Positions 29,869-40,856 of a stretch of DNA of 64,000 nucleotides are shown here, piece after piece (within the stretch, counting starts at the first letter, position 1; every line of letters begins with the position of its first letter). Under the pieces are notes generated by a model. It did no database searches, was not told the DNA's origin, and saw only the letters and a list, made by a program, of their open reading frames with translations. This DNA is from Terriglobia bacterium (lineage in GTDB: Bacteria > Acidobacteriota > Terriglobia > 20CM-2-55-15). Position numbers and translations under genes: made by a program. Location of the stretch: contig CBDCLE010000003.1 in NCBI GenBank assembly GCA_965218585.1, forward strand, positions 64,001-128,000. The letters are read 5' to 3'.

Positions 29869-30264
29869 ATGAAAAAGATCGAAAAGACCGAGGAAGAAGG
29901 GCAACAGGAACTGACAGACGAGCAATACCACGTCTGCCGTCAAAAAGGGACCGAACCCCCCTTTACCGGCAAGTATCACGACTCGAAAGACACCGGAATC
30001 TATCGCTGCGTCTGCTGTGGGAGCGAATTGTTTGAGTCGGAAACAAAATTCGACTCGGGCACAGGGTGGCCCAGCTTCTATCAGCCGATCTCAGAAGAGA
30101 CAGTCGGGACGGAAGAAGACTCGAGTTACGGCATGCGCAGGACAGAAGTCGTCTGTAAAGCCTGCGGGGCGCATCTGGGTCACGTCTTTCCCGACGGGCC
30201 ACAGCCGACCGGACTCCGATACTGCATCAACTCCGCTTCTCTGGATCTGGATAGCAAAGATTAA
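29869..30264 (+). CDS. msrB: Peptide-methionine (R)-S-oxide reductase
   Basis: [34 protein letters not shown]. Confidence 0.96.
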   Translation: MKKIEKTEEEGQQELTDEQYHVCRQKGTEPPFTGKYHDSKDTGIYRCVCCGSELFESETKFDSGTGWPSFYQPISEETVGTEEDSSYGMRRTEVVCKACGAHLGHVFPDGPQPTGLRYCINSASLDLDSKD

Positions 30265-30270
30265 GAATCA

Positions 30271-30327
30271 ACGCAGAGACGCAGAGGGCGCGGAGACGCA
30301 GGATTTTTCTTCGCGTTTCTCCGCGCC
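30271..30327. repeat. REP-like imperfect palindrome between convergent genes
   Basis: CGCAGAGACGCAGAG repeat; GGGCGCGGAGA pairs with TCTCCGCGCCC. Confidence 0.55.
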
Positions 30328-30334
30328 CGGCCAT

Positions 30335-30910
30335 CTAATCTTCGTCCACTTCGCTTCCAGCTTGTTCCAATTCGAGGCTGTCGGCGGTGGCGGGTTGGCC
30401 CAGTTCCCAGCGAATAATCCCGGTTGAGTCGACAAAAAACGATCTCTTGCTATCGATTCGGGTTGAGGGTTGCGCTGTCAGGCTGTAAGTGTCGGCGTTC
30501 GGGCTTCCCCGCATTCGGATCTGGTAGCCACTATCGGCAAGCGACGGATCTTCGCCCAAAGTCAGTTCCTGAACCAATTCCCCTAGGGTGAGGGCGTATC
30601 TCCTGTTGAGGTTCACGAAATTGGTCTGGGCTTCACTAACATCCCGGACGGCCTGTAGTGCCTGAGCCTCACTGGCAGCGCTTACCTCACCCAGCAGCGC
30701 CTCGGCTTCGACTGCACTGGGAGTCGTGGCGAACCTTCTGACGATGTCTTCCAGAAGGCCTTCGCTTTCCCCGAACTGACCGGCCTGGTTCGCGGCAACC
30801 GCCTGACCGAACAATTCGGCCGACTCATCGGCAGGATCAGGTGCCCCACCGCCACCCGCGCATCCGAGCAAAACACTACAAAGCAAGACTGCAACTGTGA
30901 GTTTTCTCAT
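30335..30910 (-). CDS. Lipoprotein: TPR-like hairpin plus pilin-like C-terminal domain
   Basis: Lipobox LLGC; AQTNF...RRYA.TLGEL, YSLTAQP...RSFFVDSTGIIR. Confidence 0.65.
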   Translation of the reverse strand: MRKLTVAVLLCSVLLGCAGGGGAPDPADESAELFGQAVAANQAGQFGESEGLLEDIVRRFATTPSAVEAEALLGEVSAASEAQALQAVRDVSEAQTNFVNLNRRYALTLGELVQELTLGEDPSLADSGYQIRMRGSPNADTYSLTAQPSTRIDSKRSFFVDSTGIIRWELGQPATADSLELEQAGSEVDED

Positions 30911-30939
30911 CAGGTTCCTCTTTCACCTCTGGAAAGCAT

Positions 30940-32142
30940 TCAGGACGGAATCGTAAAGCCGAGGACGATCGGATCGTGATCGGATAAGGGCGGCTCTTTT
31001 TCCGTCATACCCTCGAGGATTGCGGGAGCTTGCTCCGGATCGTTCGCGTCCACCCGAATCCCTTTTCCTGCAAACCAGTCGAGTTTCAACGAACAGCGCC
31101 CACCCTCCTTTTCCAAGGCCCAATTTATGAACGAAAAGCACCATTGGGGGATCCATTCGCCCATGTTCTTGTTCGCAGCCAGGTCATGGATCGAGTAATG
31201 CAAAGTGCATCCACCCGGCACATTCAGATCTCTGTAGTTGTAACCCCGGCTCTCAAGTTCACGGAACAGATGCCGTTCGAACCATCGATCCGGGTGCGGG
31301 TAGTGTCGTCTGAGGACACCCCGAACCCCCATCAGCACCCGTCGAACGTAACCCAGAATGGAATACAGGGCACGCCGGGCGTTATGTGTTGTTGTGTTCC
31401 AGTCCCCGCCAATGAGGACTGGTAGCCGGGGCTCGAGACCTTCCAGATGATCCAGAAGCAGGCGCATCTGCCGATGCCTGTGGCGCTGGCTCGAATGGGC
31501 GTCCATATGCAACGCCACCACTCGGAACCTCCCGAGCGGATGTTCGACGTCTGCGATAATGGCGCGCTGCGACCCGAGCCGCTTTTCCCGGCCGACCATC
31601 TTGTCCTTTCCGTTCGGTAATGCCAGCGCGTGTGCGTCCACAAGCGGGTACCTCGACATGATCGTATTCCCGTGTAGGGCCAGCGTGTTTTCCCCCTCCG
31701 CCTCCGCTTCGACTCCTGCTCCCTTATTAAGGGCAAGGTAACACGGCGCAAATACGTAGTGGACGCCCAGGTGGGTCGCAATCTCTCGAGCGACATGGCG
31801 ATTCGATGTTCGCGCCATCCCGTAGTCGACTTCGGTGAGCAGCCAAACATCGCTTGAAGCCAATGTCGGATCGGTGCGAAGAGCCTCAAGGATGCCGTCG
31901 AGTTGAATCCCGCGCTCAATGTTCCAGGCTGCGATCCGGATTGGGCGGCGCGGCGGCGGCGGTGTAACCGGCGGAAAGCTGCCGAGCTCGAGCCCACCCA
32001 GCACACGGTCCAACTCGGGTCTCAGCTCCTCGAAGAGCGAAGAGCCTGTACATGCATCGGTGCTTTCGAATCGGGCCAGATCCGCAAAGTAAGTTTGGAG
32101 ATTATGGTCCAGTGGAGACCGTGGGAGCGCGGATGTCGTCAT
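30940..32142 (-). CDS. Endonuclease/exonuclease/phosphatase family protein
   Basis: AWNIERG, LTEVD, GGDWNT, KLDW, LSDHDP. Confidence 0.9.
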   Translation of the reverse strand: MTTSALPRSPLDHNLQTYFADLARFESTDACTGSSLFEELRPELDRVLGGLELGSFPPVTPPPPRRPIRIAAWNIERGIQLDGILEALRTDPTLASSDVWLLTEVDYGMARTSNRHVAREIATHLGVHYVFAPCYLALNKGAGVEAEAEGENTLALHGNTIMSRYPLVDAHALALPNGKDKMVGREKRLGSQRAIIADVEHPLGRFRVVALHMDAHSSQRHRHRQMRLLLDHLEGLEPRLPVLIGGDWNTTTHNARRALYSILGYVRRVLMGVRGVLRRHYPHPDRWFERHLFRELESRGYNYRDLNVPGGCTLHYSIHDLAANKNMGEWIPQWCFSFINWALEKEGGRCSLKLDWFAGKGIRVDANDPEQAPAILEGMTEKEPPLSDHDPIVLGFTIPS

Positions 32143-32436
32143 AGGCGTTTGGAACTCAGCCTGCTGCTGTCTGCTGATAACTCTTCCATTACAGTCGTCG
32201 TGATACCTGCCTGGTCCCGAAAGACTACATTAACAATGGTTTCAACGCATGTGAAGACACTAACCGGTGTTCGTAAATGCGTTTCGACAGGTTCGACACT
32301 CTACCCTTGATCCTGAACGGCATGGGTGTGATGCTGTAGCCCGCTTGCAATCCACCACAGCTGCCCGCGCGGTGATTTTCAGGTAGACTAACGGGCAATC
32401 CGAGGAAGCGATAACAGCGATGATAGGGAAGGCCGC

Positions 32437-34216
32437 ATGACCCAACACATTCGGTTCGGGAGCTTTAACCGTGAACTGAACATCCAGCTGGACCAGATCA
32501 GCTATAACGAGATGATCCCGACCGTCACCTACGATGCGGCCGGCAACGAACTCCCTCAAAAACCTGAAGCGCTCTCACTCGGTGCAGGAGATGTCTATCG
32601 TCTACTGCGCCCCTATCTTTCTGTCAGGTTCATCGATCAGTTCAAGGCGGTGATGCCGCTAACCAACCTTGTATCTGGTGTTGTTCCAGCTTTTCATTCT
32701 GCGACAGGCGGTGCAGGATGCCTGGGTTATTTCGGTCGGCCTGCTCGCAGTCGTCATGGGTTTGATGCTGTTTATGGAGGGGTTAAAGGTCGGTTTGATG
32801 CCATTCGGGGAAACGCTCGGCATTTCGCTGCCAGCCAAGGCAACGCTCGCCACCGTAGTGCCTGTCGTGTTTCTGCTGGGCATAGGCGTCACGTTTGCGG
32901 AACCTGCGATTGGCGCGCTACAGACAGCGGGCTCACTGGTCAGTGTGTCCCAGGCGCCCTATCTCTACACATTGCTGACGGACTGGGCAGGTGCGCTTGT
33001 ACTCGCGGTTGGTATCGGCGTCGGACTTGCCGCCGTGCTCGGCACGATCCGCTTCATCTTCGGATGGAGCCTGAAACCCCTGATCTACGTCACGCTTGCA
33101 CCGGTTTTGGCGATCAGCGCCTACATGGCGCTCGATCCGGAATTGTGCAAGGTTCTCGGCCTTGCTTTCGATTCTGGCGCGGTGACCACGGGACCCGTCA
33201 CCGTACCGCTGGTTTTGTCCCTGGGGATCGGCATTGCCCATGCGGCGGGCAAGGGAACGGACTCGTTGTCCGGCTTCAGTATCGTCACGCTCGCATCTCT
33301 CTTCCCCATTATCGCAGTGATGGGGCTCACGCTTTATGTTGCCGGGCAGACAGACCCGGAATCGATCCTCGCCGCCGCAAACGAAGTCCAGGCCGAAATG
33401 GGTGAGCTGTCCTGGTATCAATTGACGCCGGCTTTGGAGATCATTGGCGGCATCCGCGCCATCGTCCCGCTGGTGGTTTTTCTTTTGCTGGTGCTGCTCG
33501 TGCTGCTCAGGGAGCGGTTACCCAACCCGAAAATCATTGGATTCGGCATTCTGCTCTGTGTGCTCGGTATGTGTATCTTCAATCTGGGCCTAGGTTATGG
33601 TCTTTCGAAATTGGGTGGACAGAGCGGAGGGTTGGTTCCCGCGGCGTTTACAAGCATACAGGGCGTGGACGGTTCGCCTTTGTATTTCCTGGCACTGGGA
33701 CTCGGCATTGCCATCGGCTTTGCCTGGCTCCTGGGCTTTGGAGCCACGTTGGCAGAACCTGCGCTGAACGCATTGGGCATCACAGTTGAGAACCTCACCA
33801 ACGGGTCCTTCAGGAAGTCGACGCTGATGTATGCGGTGTCTGTCGGTGTGGGCTTTGGTGTCGCAATCGGCGTAGCGAAGATCATATTTGACATTCCAAT
33901 GGCGTGGCTTTTGATTCCGGGTTACTTGATCGCGGCTGGATTGACCGCCTTATCGAGTGAAGAGTTCGTCAATATCGCCTGGGACAGTGCAGGCGTCACG
34001 ACAGGGCCCGTGACGGTCCCTTTGGTTCTGGCGATGGGACTCGGGTTTGGCAATGCACTCGGGGCAATTGAAGGATTCGGCATCCTGTCCATGGCGTCGA
34101 TCGGTCCCATCATTGCAGTTCTTTCAACCGGTCTCTATATTCGCTGGAAAATTGCCCGAAGGCATGCAAGAGCTGAAGCGGAAGACTACGAGGAACCCAC
34201 GGGTGCCATGGTATGA
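32437..34216 (+). pseudogene. Fused two-repeat DUF1538 membrane protein, frameshifted by AACC duplication (32661-32668)
   Basis: Two repeats with AEPA and DSG/AGVTTGPVTVPL. Removing one AACC joins ...AVMPLT to LYLVLFQLF. Confidence 0.85.
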
Positions 34217-34590
34217 CTAGAGAATTTACGATACTCACAGATGTTTCAATGATCACGTGCATCGTCCAGCGCGGGAAAGCGGACCGCGTCATCCAGGCCG
34301 CCCAAGATGCCGGGGCACAGGGTGCGACGGTCTATTATGGTTACGGCAGCAGCGTTCGTGAGCGGTTGGGGATTCTCGGGCTCGCGATCGACGTCGAAAA
34401 AGAAATCATCGTGACACTGGTTGCCGATGATCAGGTCCATCGTATTTTTGAGCGGATGTACTTCGCGGCTGAACTAGACGTACCTGGGAACGGCATTATC
34501 TATGTCACCAAACTCGATAAAGCCGCCACATACATCCCCAAGGAAATTATCGAGCGCGTAAACGCCAAGGTATCGGAGTCGGCCCGGTGA
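34213..34590 (+). CDS. P-II family regulator-like protein
   Basis: ITCIVQRGKAD...AGAQGAT, EKEI, PGNGIIY. Confidence 0.85.
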   Translation: MTREFTILTDVSMITCIVQRGKADRVIQAAQDAGAQGATVYYGYGSSVRERLGILGLAIDVEKEIIVTLVADDQVHRIFERMYFAAELDVPGNGIIYVTKLDKAATYIPKEIIERVNAKVSESAR

Positions 34591-34931
34591 AGGGCATTAT
34601 CGAAAATGCCAGACTGATTACCTGCATCCTGCCAAAAGGAAAGGCGCAGCTCGTCCAGAAGGCGTTGGTCGAAGAAAAGGGATTGCACACTGCCAATTTT
34701 CACCATGGTCGTGGTGTTGGCCGCTTTTCACCCTTGACAGCCAGGGGTATGGGTGAGCAACAGGAAAGGGAGATTCTTGAAGTCAACGTGGCCGCCGACA
34801 GGGCCGACGACCTATTCGAGTTCATGTTCTTCAAGGGCGAAATGGACCAGCCTCACGGCGGCATCATTTTCATGACCACCCTAGTCAATGGCATGGGCAT
34901 GGGGGTGCCGGACCTGTCGGGCGAAGGGTGA
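34587..34931 (+). CDS. Second P-II family-like protein
   Basis: LITCILPKGKA, GRGVG, EREIL, PHGGIIF. Confidence 0.8.
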   Translation: MKGIIENARLITCILPKGKAQLVQKALVEEKGLHTANFHHGRGVGRFSPLTARGMGEQQEREILEVNVAADRADDLFEFMFFKGEMDQPHGGIIFMTTLVNGMGMGVPDLSGEG

Positions 34932-35031
34932 ACGCTCTCATCGGGCGCGTCCGGACGCGTTTGCAACTGGCGCCGGCCGTGCCGCAGATCCGTTAACCTG
35001 TGGTTCCACGCGAAGGAGGTATTGGAGACTC

Positions 35032-37554
35032 ATGGAACTGGACCTGGGATCCGTCGTACTTCTGCTCGCGGGACTCCTTTTCGCCTCCGCGCTGATATCG
35101 CTTTTTGCAAGCCGCACAGCGTTTCCATATACGGTCCTTCTGGTTGTCTTCGGCTTCGCTCTCCGCTTGATGTTCGCCGAGTGGGAAGGATTTGAGTATC
35201 TCGAATCGGAAATCGCCACCGAAGTCGTGTTCTTTGTTTTCCTCCCCACGCTACTGTTTGAATCCTCGTTCAATCTCGACTCCAAGCTTCTTTTCCGGAA
35301 CATCGTCCCTGTCCTGACGCTCGCGATCCCTGCTTTTCTCCTTTCGACGGCGATCGTTGGCTATCTCGGATCCTGGGCACTCGGCATACCGCTGGTGACC
35401 GCCCTCCTTTTCGGAGCTCTTATCTCGGCTACCGACCCTGTGGCCGTCGTGGCTCTGTTCAAGGAACTGGGCGCTCCAAAGCGGCTGATGGTGTTAGTCG
35501 AAGGTGAAAGCCTATTTAACGACGCCACAGCGATCGTCCTGTTCAACGTTCTGCTGGGAATCGCAGTGGGTGGAGCGGCGGCAACCTTATCACTGACTTC
35601 AGCTATCCTGAATTTCTTTGTCGTTTTTCTGGGTGGGATTGTCGTCGGCGCCGTTATAGCGTTTACCTTTGCCGAGATCCTGTCGATGGTACGCGACAAC
35701 GAGCTCGTCGAAATCACGCTCACGACAATAGTCGCGTACATGTCGTTCATAGTGGCCGAACACTATCTTCATGTTTCCGGTGTGATGGCAACCGGGGCGG
35801 CGGGAGTCATTCTTGGGGGTTGGGGACGCACGAAGATTTCCCCGTCCGTCGGTCATTTTATGCATTCGTTCTGGGAGTATCTGTCGTTCGTCGCCAATTC
35901 ACTGATTTTCCTCCTCGTGGGTCTGGCGCTGAGTCCGGCCCTGATCCGTGAGTTCCTTTTCGCGGTGCTCCTGGCAATACCGATCGTGTACTTTTCCCGC
36001 GCTTTGAGCATTGCGATCGCAGTTCCCCTGGTTAATCGAACACGGATGATCGAGCCGATCGATATGCGCTATCGGCTGGTCATGTACTGGGGGGGCCTGA
36101 GGGGAGCGCTTGCGCTGGCACTGGCCCTGAGTTTGCCGCCGGACTTCGCAGCCAAGGAGTTGATCCTGGTTTCAGCGATGGGCGTGGTCATGGCAACGCT
36201 ACTCGTTAACGCAGTGACAATCGGACCGCTTCTTCGATTACTTGGCTTCGACCGCCTCTCGCCGGCCGAACTATTCGCCCGCTTCGAAAGCCTCCTGATG
36301 CTGAAGCGTGACACGCGTTCGAAGCTCGGCCGCTTCGGGGAAGAAAGAGCAATCGCGCCCAGCATCGTTGACAAGGTCCGAATGAGTTACCTGAACCGCG
36401 AATCACAGATAGAAACTGAACGCGAAACGTCCATGTCCGGGGACGGGCAACTCAGCAACCGGGATCAGTTGGAAGTAGTTTCACACCAGGCACTGTGTAT
36501 CGAGAAACAGCATTACTGGGAGGAGTTCGCTGAGGGTCACCTCCGCGAACAGGCCTACAAGCAACTCATCCAGGATGTGGATTACCAGGCCGATCACGTC
36601 AAGGCATACGGTGAATTCCCTGAGACGTTTGAAGAGGCCGGCACACGAGAAAGTCCACTGGACTACGTCCTCTACAAACTGGGAATCTTCAGCCACTACC
36701 TTCAGACGCGCAAAGTGGGGGAGATGGCCGACCGTTTCGAACAGAACAGCGCGAAAGCCGCAGGTGCCCGCTCGGTTGCATCTTTACTGGACCGGTTGCA
36801 CAAGGAAGAAACTATCGACGAAGACGCCTACCGAGCGGTCCGAAACTATTACCAGTTCCGTCACGACAAGGCACAACGCGAGCTATCATCGATGGCCGCC
36901 GACTATCCCGAATACGTCGAACGGACCCAGGAATTTCTGCTGACCCGTAGTTGTCTCCATAACGAAGAAGCCACACTGCAAATGTTGAGAGACCTGGGAC
37001 TCGTTCCGGATAAAGTCTATTTACAACATAAGGAAGAGATCGCGGATGGATTTGCCCGCCTTCGCAATCGGCCCGTTGAAAATCTTCAGCTTGACCCCGC
37101 CTCGTTGCTGGCGCAGATTCCTCTGTTCGAACACTGCTCCGAAGATGATCTCGCCCGAGTCGCCCAGCTTCTCGAGTCGGAGTCGTTTGCAGAGGGCGAC
37201 CGGATCGTACGCCAGGGCGAGTCCGGTGATTCGATGTATGTCATCGCCCGGGGCGCAGTAAAGGTACTCAAAGAAATCGATAATCAGCAACCCGACCTGC
37301 TGGCGATCCTTGTTGCAGGAGGATTTTTCGGAGAGATCGCTTTGCTCGGCGAGTCCCCAAGAACTGCAAGCGTCAGGGCCGCAAGCCCGTGTACAATGCT
37401 GCGACTGCGGCGGCGTAATCTCGAAACACTGATGACTTTGTCTCCAGACATCAAGCGATCCGTTCAAAGAGCCTACAAGGAACGCCTGGCGGCGTTGGAA
37501 TCTCTCACGACCGAGGAATCCGCACCCGGAGCGAGCGAAGCCTCTCCGGCATAA
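35032..37554 (+). CDS. CPA1 (NhaP-type) cation/H+ antiporter with C-terminal cNMP-binding domain
   Basis: SATDPVAV, EGESLFNDA, GLRGA; GD.IVRQGESGDSMY..GEIALL..PRTASV. Confidence 0.92.
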   Translation: MELDLGSVVLLLAGLLFASALISLFASRTAFPYTVLLVVFGFALRLMFAEWEGFEYLESEIATEVVFFVFLPTLLFESSFNLDSKLLFRNIVPVLTLAIPAFLLSTAIVGYLGSWALGIPLVTALLFGALISATDPVAVVALFKELGAPKRLMVLVEGESLFNDATAIVLFNVLLGIAVGGAAATLSLTSAILNFFVVFLGGIVVGAVIAFTFAEILSMVRDNELVEITLTTIVAYMSFIVAEHYLHVSGVMATGAAGVILGGWGRTKISPSVGHFMHSFWEYLSFVANSLIFLLVGLALSPALIREFLFAVLLAIPIVYFSRALSIAIAVPLVNRTRMIEPIDMRYRLVMYWGGLRGALALALALSLPPDFAAKELILVSAMGVVMATLLVNAVTIGPLLRLLGFDRLSPAELFARFESLLMLKRDTRSKLGRFGEERAIAPSIVDKVRMSYLNRESQIETERETSMSGDGQLSNRDQLEVVSHQALCIEKQHYWEEFAEGHLREQAYKQLIQDVDYQADHVKAYGEFPETFEEAGTRESPLDYVLYKLGIFSHYLQTRKVGEMADRFEQNSAKAAGARSVASLLDRLHKEETIDEDAYRAVRNYYQFRHDKAQRELSSMAADYPEYVERTQEFLLTRSCLHNEEATLQMLRDLGLVPDKVYLQHKEEIADGFARLRNRPVENLQLDPASLLAQIPLFEHCSEDDLARVAQLLESESFAEGDRIVRQGESGDSMYVIARGAVKVLKEIDNQQPDLLAILVAGGFFGEIALLGESPRTASVRAASPCTMLRLRRRNLETLMTLSPDIKRSVQRAYKERLAALESLTTEESAPGASEASPA

Positions 37555-37566
37555 CAGGAGTCATCG

Positions 37567-39243
37567 ATGGACATCTTTAACGCATTCCTGACCGTAATGA
37601 ACAACATCCTCTGGCACAACGTGGTGCTCTTCGCCATCCTCGGTCTTGGACTCCTGTTGCTCGTCTGGACGAAGTTCGCTCCGATCGTCGCGCTTACTCA
37701 CGGCGTCGCCATTATCCGAGGCAAGTTCGACGACAAGGATGACCCGGGCGCCATCAGTCACTTCCAGGCTCTCTCGGCAGCACTGTCGGCCACTGTCGGG
37801 CTCGGAAATATCGGGGGCGTAGCGCTGGCCATCTCTCTGGGGGGGCCGGGTGCTGTGTTCTGGATGTGGGTTGTTGGGCTGGCGGGAATGGCCATCAAGA
37901 CGACGGAAGTCACCCAGTCCATGCTCTACCGGAACACGACCGATCCGGACAATCCACACGGCGGACCCATGTTCGTCGTCAGCCGTGGCCTCGCCGAGAT
38001 GAATCCTGCCTGGAAGAGCTTGGGCCGGTGGGTAGGCTACATCTTCTGCGTCACACTGATGGTCTCCACGGTGACCGGCGGCAATATGTTCCAGGCCTGG
38101 AACGTGGGCAACGTCACCGCGTTGAACTTTGGAGTTCCGTCGCTGTTAACGGGACTTATCCTCGCAATCATCACGGGACTTGTCATTATCGGAGGGATCA
38201 AGAGAATCGGAGCCGTCGCCGGAAAACTCGTGCCCTTCATGTGTGGCCTGTATCTGCTGGCATCGGTATACGTGTTGATTCTGAACTTCAGCGCGATTCC
38301 GGGACTGTTTCGAATGATCGTCGTTTCTGCGTTCAGCCCGGTCGAGGCACAGGGTGCGTTCATAGGTGGCACATTTGGTTACGCGTTCCTCCTGGGGATG
38401 CGGAGGGCTCTCTTCTCAAACGAAGCGGGGCAGGGTTCAGCGCCGATCGCCCATTCGGCGGCTCGAACGAACGAACCGGTTCGTGAGGGTATCGTGGCAG
38501 GCCTGGAACCTTTTATCGATACGATCGTCGTATGCACCCTCACGGCGCTCGTCATCCTGGCCAGTGGGGCATGGAACCGGGCACCTGAAACACAGTTTGA
38601 AACGCCGCCCGAAATCGTTGAAGTCTCGCCGGGAGAGTGGGCGATCGAGGGTTCAGAAATCGACCCGAATTTCGACTGGCAGGCAGGACAGAGGTTGTTT
38701 CTCATCCTCGAAACAGGAAGACAGAACGAGCAGACCGGTACAACCCTCGACCAAATGACCGGAGTTGTCGTTGCTTCCGGCGATGGTTTTGACGTTGAAT
38801 GGGACTCTTGGACAGGGACCGGAACCCCTACGCTGCCTGGACCCGGCATCCATCTGAACTATACGGGCGCCAGCCTCACGAGCCTCGCGTTCGACCGAGT
38901 CCAGCCCGGATTGGGCCGCTGGCTGGTGACTCTCGCTTCCTGGCTGTTCGCAATATCGACAATGATCTCCTGGAGTTACTACGGAGAACAGGGCATCGTC
39001 TTCATGTTTGGCGCCAAATGGGTACGCACGTACAAATTCATCTATTGTCTGCTGATTATCGTCGCCGCCTCGGGCTTCATCACGACCGACCAGCAACTGG
39101 ACGGCCTGACCGGGACCGGTACCGGCGTCATGTTGTTCGCGAACATCCCGATCATCCTGCTCTTCAGCCGCAAAGCGATGTCGGAGTACCACGAATATGT
39201 CCGTCGCCTGCGGTCCGGGGAAATGCGACCTAACGTCTCCTGA
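37567..39243 (+). CDS. Na+/alanine-glycine symporter (AgcS family)
   Basis: ATVGLGNIGGVA, GGPGAVFWMW, GGPM, FSNEAGQGSAPIAH, FIDTIVVCT, SWSYYGE. Confidence 0.93.
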   Translation: MDIFNAFLTVMNNILWHNVVLFAILGLGLLLLVWTKFAPIVALTHGVAIIRGKFDDKDDPGAISHFQALSAALSATVGLGNIGGVALAISLGGPGAVFWMWVVGLAGMAIKTTEVTQSMLYRNTTDPDNPHGGPMFVVSRGLAEMNPAWKSLGRWVGYIFCVTLMVSTVTGGNMFQAWNVGNVTALNFGVPSLLTGLILAIITGLVIIGGIKRIGAVAGKLVPFMCGLYLLASVYVLILNFSAIPGLFRMIVVSAFSPVEAQGAFIGGTFGYAFLLGMRRALFSNEAGQGSAPIAHSAARTNEPVREGIVAGLEPFIDTIVVCTLTALVILASGAWNRAPETQFETPPEIVEVSPGEWAIEGSEIDPNFDWQAGQRLFLILETGRQNEQTGTTLDQMTGVVVASGDGFDVEWDSWTGTGTPTLPGPGIHLNYTGASLTSLAFDRVQPGLGRWLVTLASWLFAISTMISWSYYGEQGIVFMFGAKWVRTYKFIYCLLIIVAASGFITTDQQLDGLTGTGTGVMLFANIPIILLFSRKAMSEYHEYVRRLRSGEMRPNVS

Positions 39244-39288
39244 CTGGACCTCACGCCGCCGGCAATTGAGGCGCGCCTCGTCTTTTGA

Positions 39289-40845
39289 ATGATCTTTCGC
39301 AGTCCTCATTCTGAAGTCACGATACCTGACGTCTCGTTGGGAGAACTCCTTCTAACCAGGGCCGCTGGGTTCGGAGACAAGCTGGCTCTCATCGACGGGC
39401 CTACAGGCAGAAGCTATACCTTCACCAAATTTGTGTCCTTCGTGAAACGGATAGCCGCAAGTCTGGCTGAGATGGGTTTTAAGAAAGGGGACGTGCTGGC
39501 GCTGATGTGCCCCAACTGTCCCGAGTATGGGATGGTGTTTGTGGCGACAGCGCTGTTGGGCGGGGTCACGACACCGCTCAATCCGATGTCGACGACCATC
39601 GAGTTGGACACGCAGGCCAGTGATTGCGGGGCCCAGTATCTGTTCACGACTCCGGAAATCCTGGATCGCCTGGAAGGGAGTTCGGCGACGGATTGGAAAA
39701 ATATCATCGTAATTGGCAGCGCTCGAGGAACCACACCGTTTGAAAGGCTGCTGGAATCTAAGACCGAACCTCCCCATATCCAAATAGATTCCACAGAAGA
39801 CAACGTCGTTCTTCCGTATTCCAGTGGAACGACGGGGATTTCAAAAGGCGTCGTACTGACGCACCGGAACCTCGTCGCCAATCTTCGGCAGATCGCCAAC
39901 GGGATTTTCACAGAAGATGCTGTCATTGCTGGCCTCCCCCCGTTTTTTCATATCTACGGCCTCACGGTTGTTCTGCTACTGGGTCTATACCGCGGAGCGA
40001 CAAACGTCATTCTGCCGCGATTCGAAATGACGTCCTTCGTGGATAGCGTCGAGCGGTACGGCATAACACATGCCAACCTCGTTCCGCCCCTGATCCTGGC
40101 GCTCGCAAACCATGCTGGAGTGGAACCGAAACGACTGGCGAGCCTCGGAACTGTTCAGAGTGGAGCTGCACCGCTATCTCCGAATACTGCTCGGTCGTTC
40201 GGGGATCGCTTCGGGTGCCGTGTGCTACAAGGATATGGTTTGACCGAAACCAGCCCCGTCACCCACCTTGCACCACTGGTTTCGGTGGACATTCCTATCG
40301 AATCAATCGGACCGCCGGTTCCCAACACCGAATGCCGGATCGTGGACGTCGACACGGGAAGCGAGCTTGGAGCCGATCAACGAGGAGAGCTCTACATAAG
40401 GGGTCCTCAGGTCATGCGCGGCTATCTGAACGATGCCGAGAAGACTGCTGGGATGATCGATTCCGAAGGCTGGCTCCAGACAGGAGACATGGCCTATGCA
40501 GACGAGCGAGGAAATTTCTATATCGTCGACCGTATCAAGGAACTCATCAAATACAAGGCCTACCCGATCGCTCCCGCCGAACTTGAAACCGTCCTTCTTG
40601 CTCACCCCTTGGTCAAAGACGCGGCCGTCGTGCCTGTTCCCGACCAAACCGCGGGCCAGATACCCAAAGCATTCGTCGTTGGTGATGAGTCCCTGGAGCC
40701 GATCGAATTGATGGCATGGGTCGGAGAACGCGTGTCCCCACATAAGAGGATCCGCAAAGTCGAGTTCATCGATGCGATCCCGAGATCGGCATCGGGAAAG
40801 ATCTTACGGCGTGTTTTAGTGGAGAGAGAAGGGACGGCATCGTAG
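39289..40845 (+). CDS. Acyl-CoA synthetase (4-coumarate-CoA ligase-like)
   Basis: YSSGTTG.SKG, GYGLTETSP, TGD, DRIKELIKYK, SGKILRR. Confidence 0.92.
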   Translation: MIFRSPHSEVTIPDVSLGELLLTRAAGFGDKLALIDGPTGRSYTFTKFVSFVKRIAASLAEMGFKKGDVLALMCPNCPEYGMVFVATALLGGVTTPLNPMSTTIELDTQASDCGAQYLFTTPEILDRLEGSSATDWKNIIVIGSARGTTPFERLLESKTEPPHIQIDSTEDNVVLPYSSGTTGISKGVVLTHRNLVANLRQIANGIFTEDAVIAGLPPFFHIYGLTVVLLLGLYRGATNVILPRFEMTSFVDSVERYGITHANLVPPLILALANHAGVEPKRLASLGTVQSGAAPLSPNTARSFGDRFGCRVLQGYGLTETSPVTHLAPLVSVDIPIESIGPPVPNTECRIVDVDTGSELGADQRGELYIRGPQVMRGYLNDAEKTAGMIDSEGWLQTGDMAYADERGNFYIVDRIKELIKYKAYPIAPAELETVLLAHPLVKDAAVVPVPDQTAGQIPKAFVVGDESLEPIELMAWVGERVSPHKRIRKVEFIDAIPRSASGKILRRVLVEREGTAS

Positions 40846-40856
40846 AACGACCCCGC

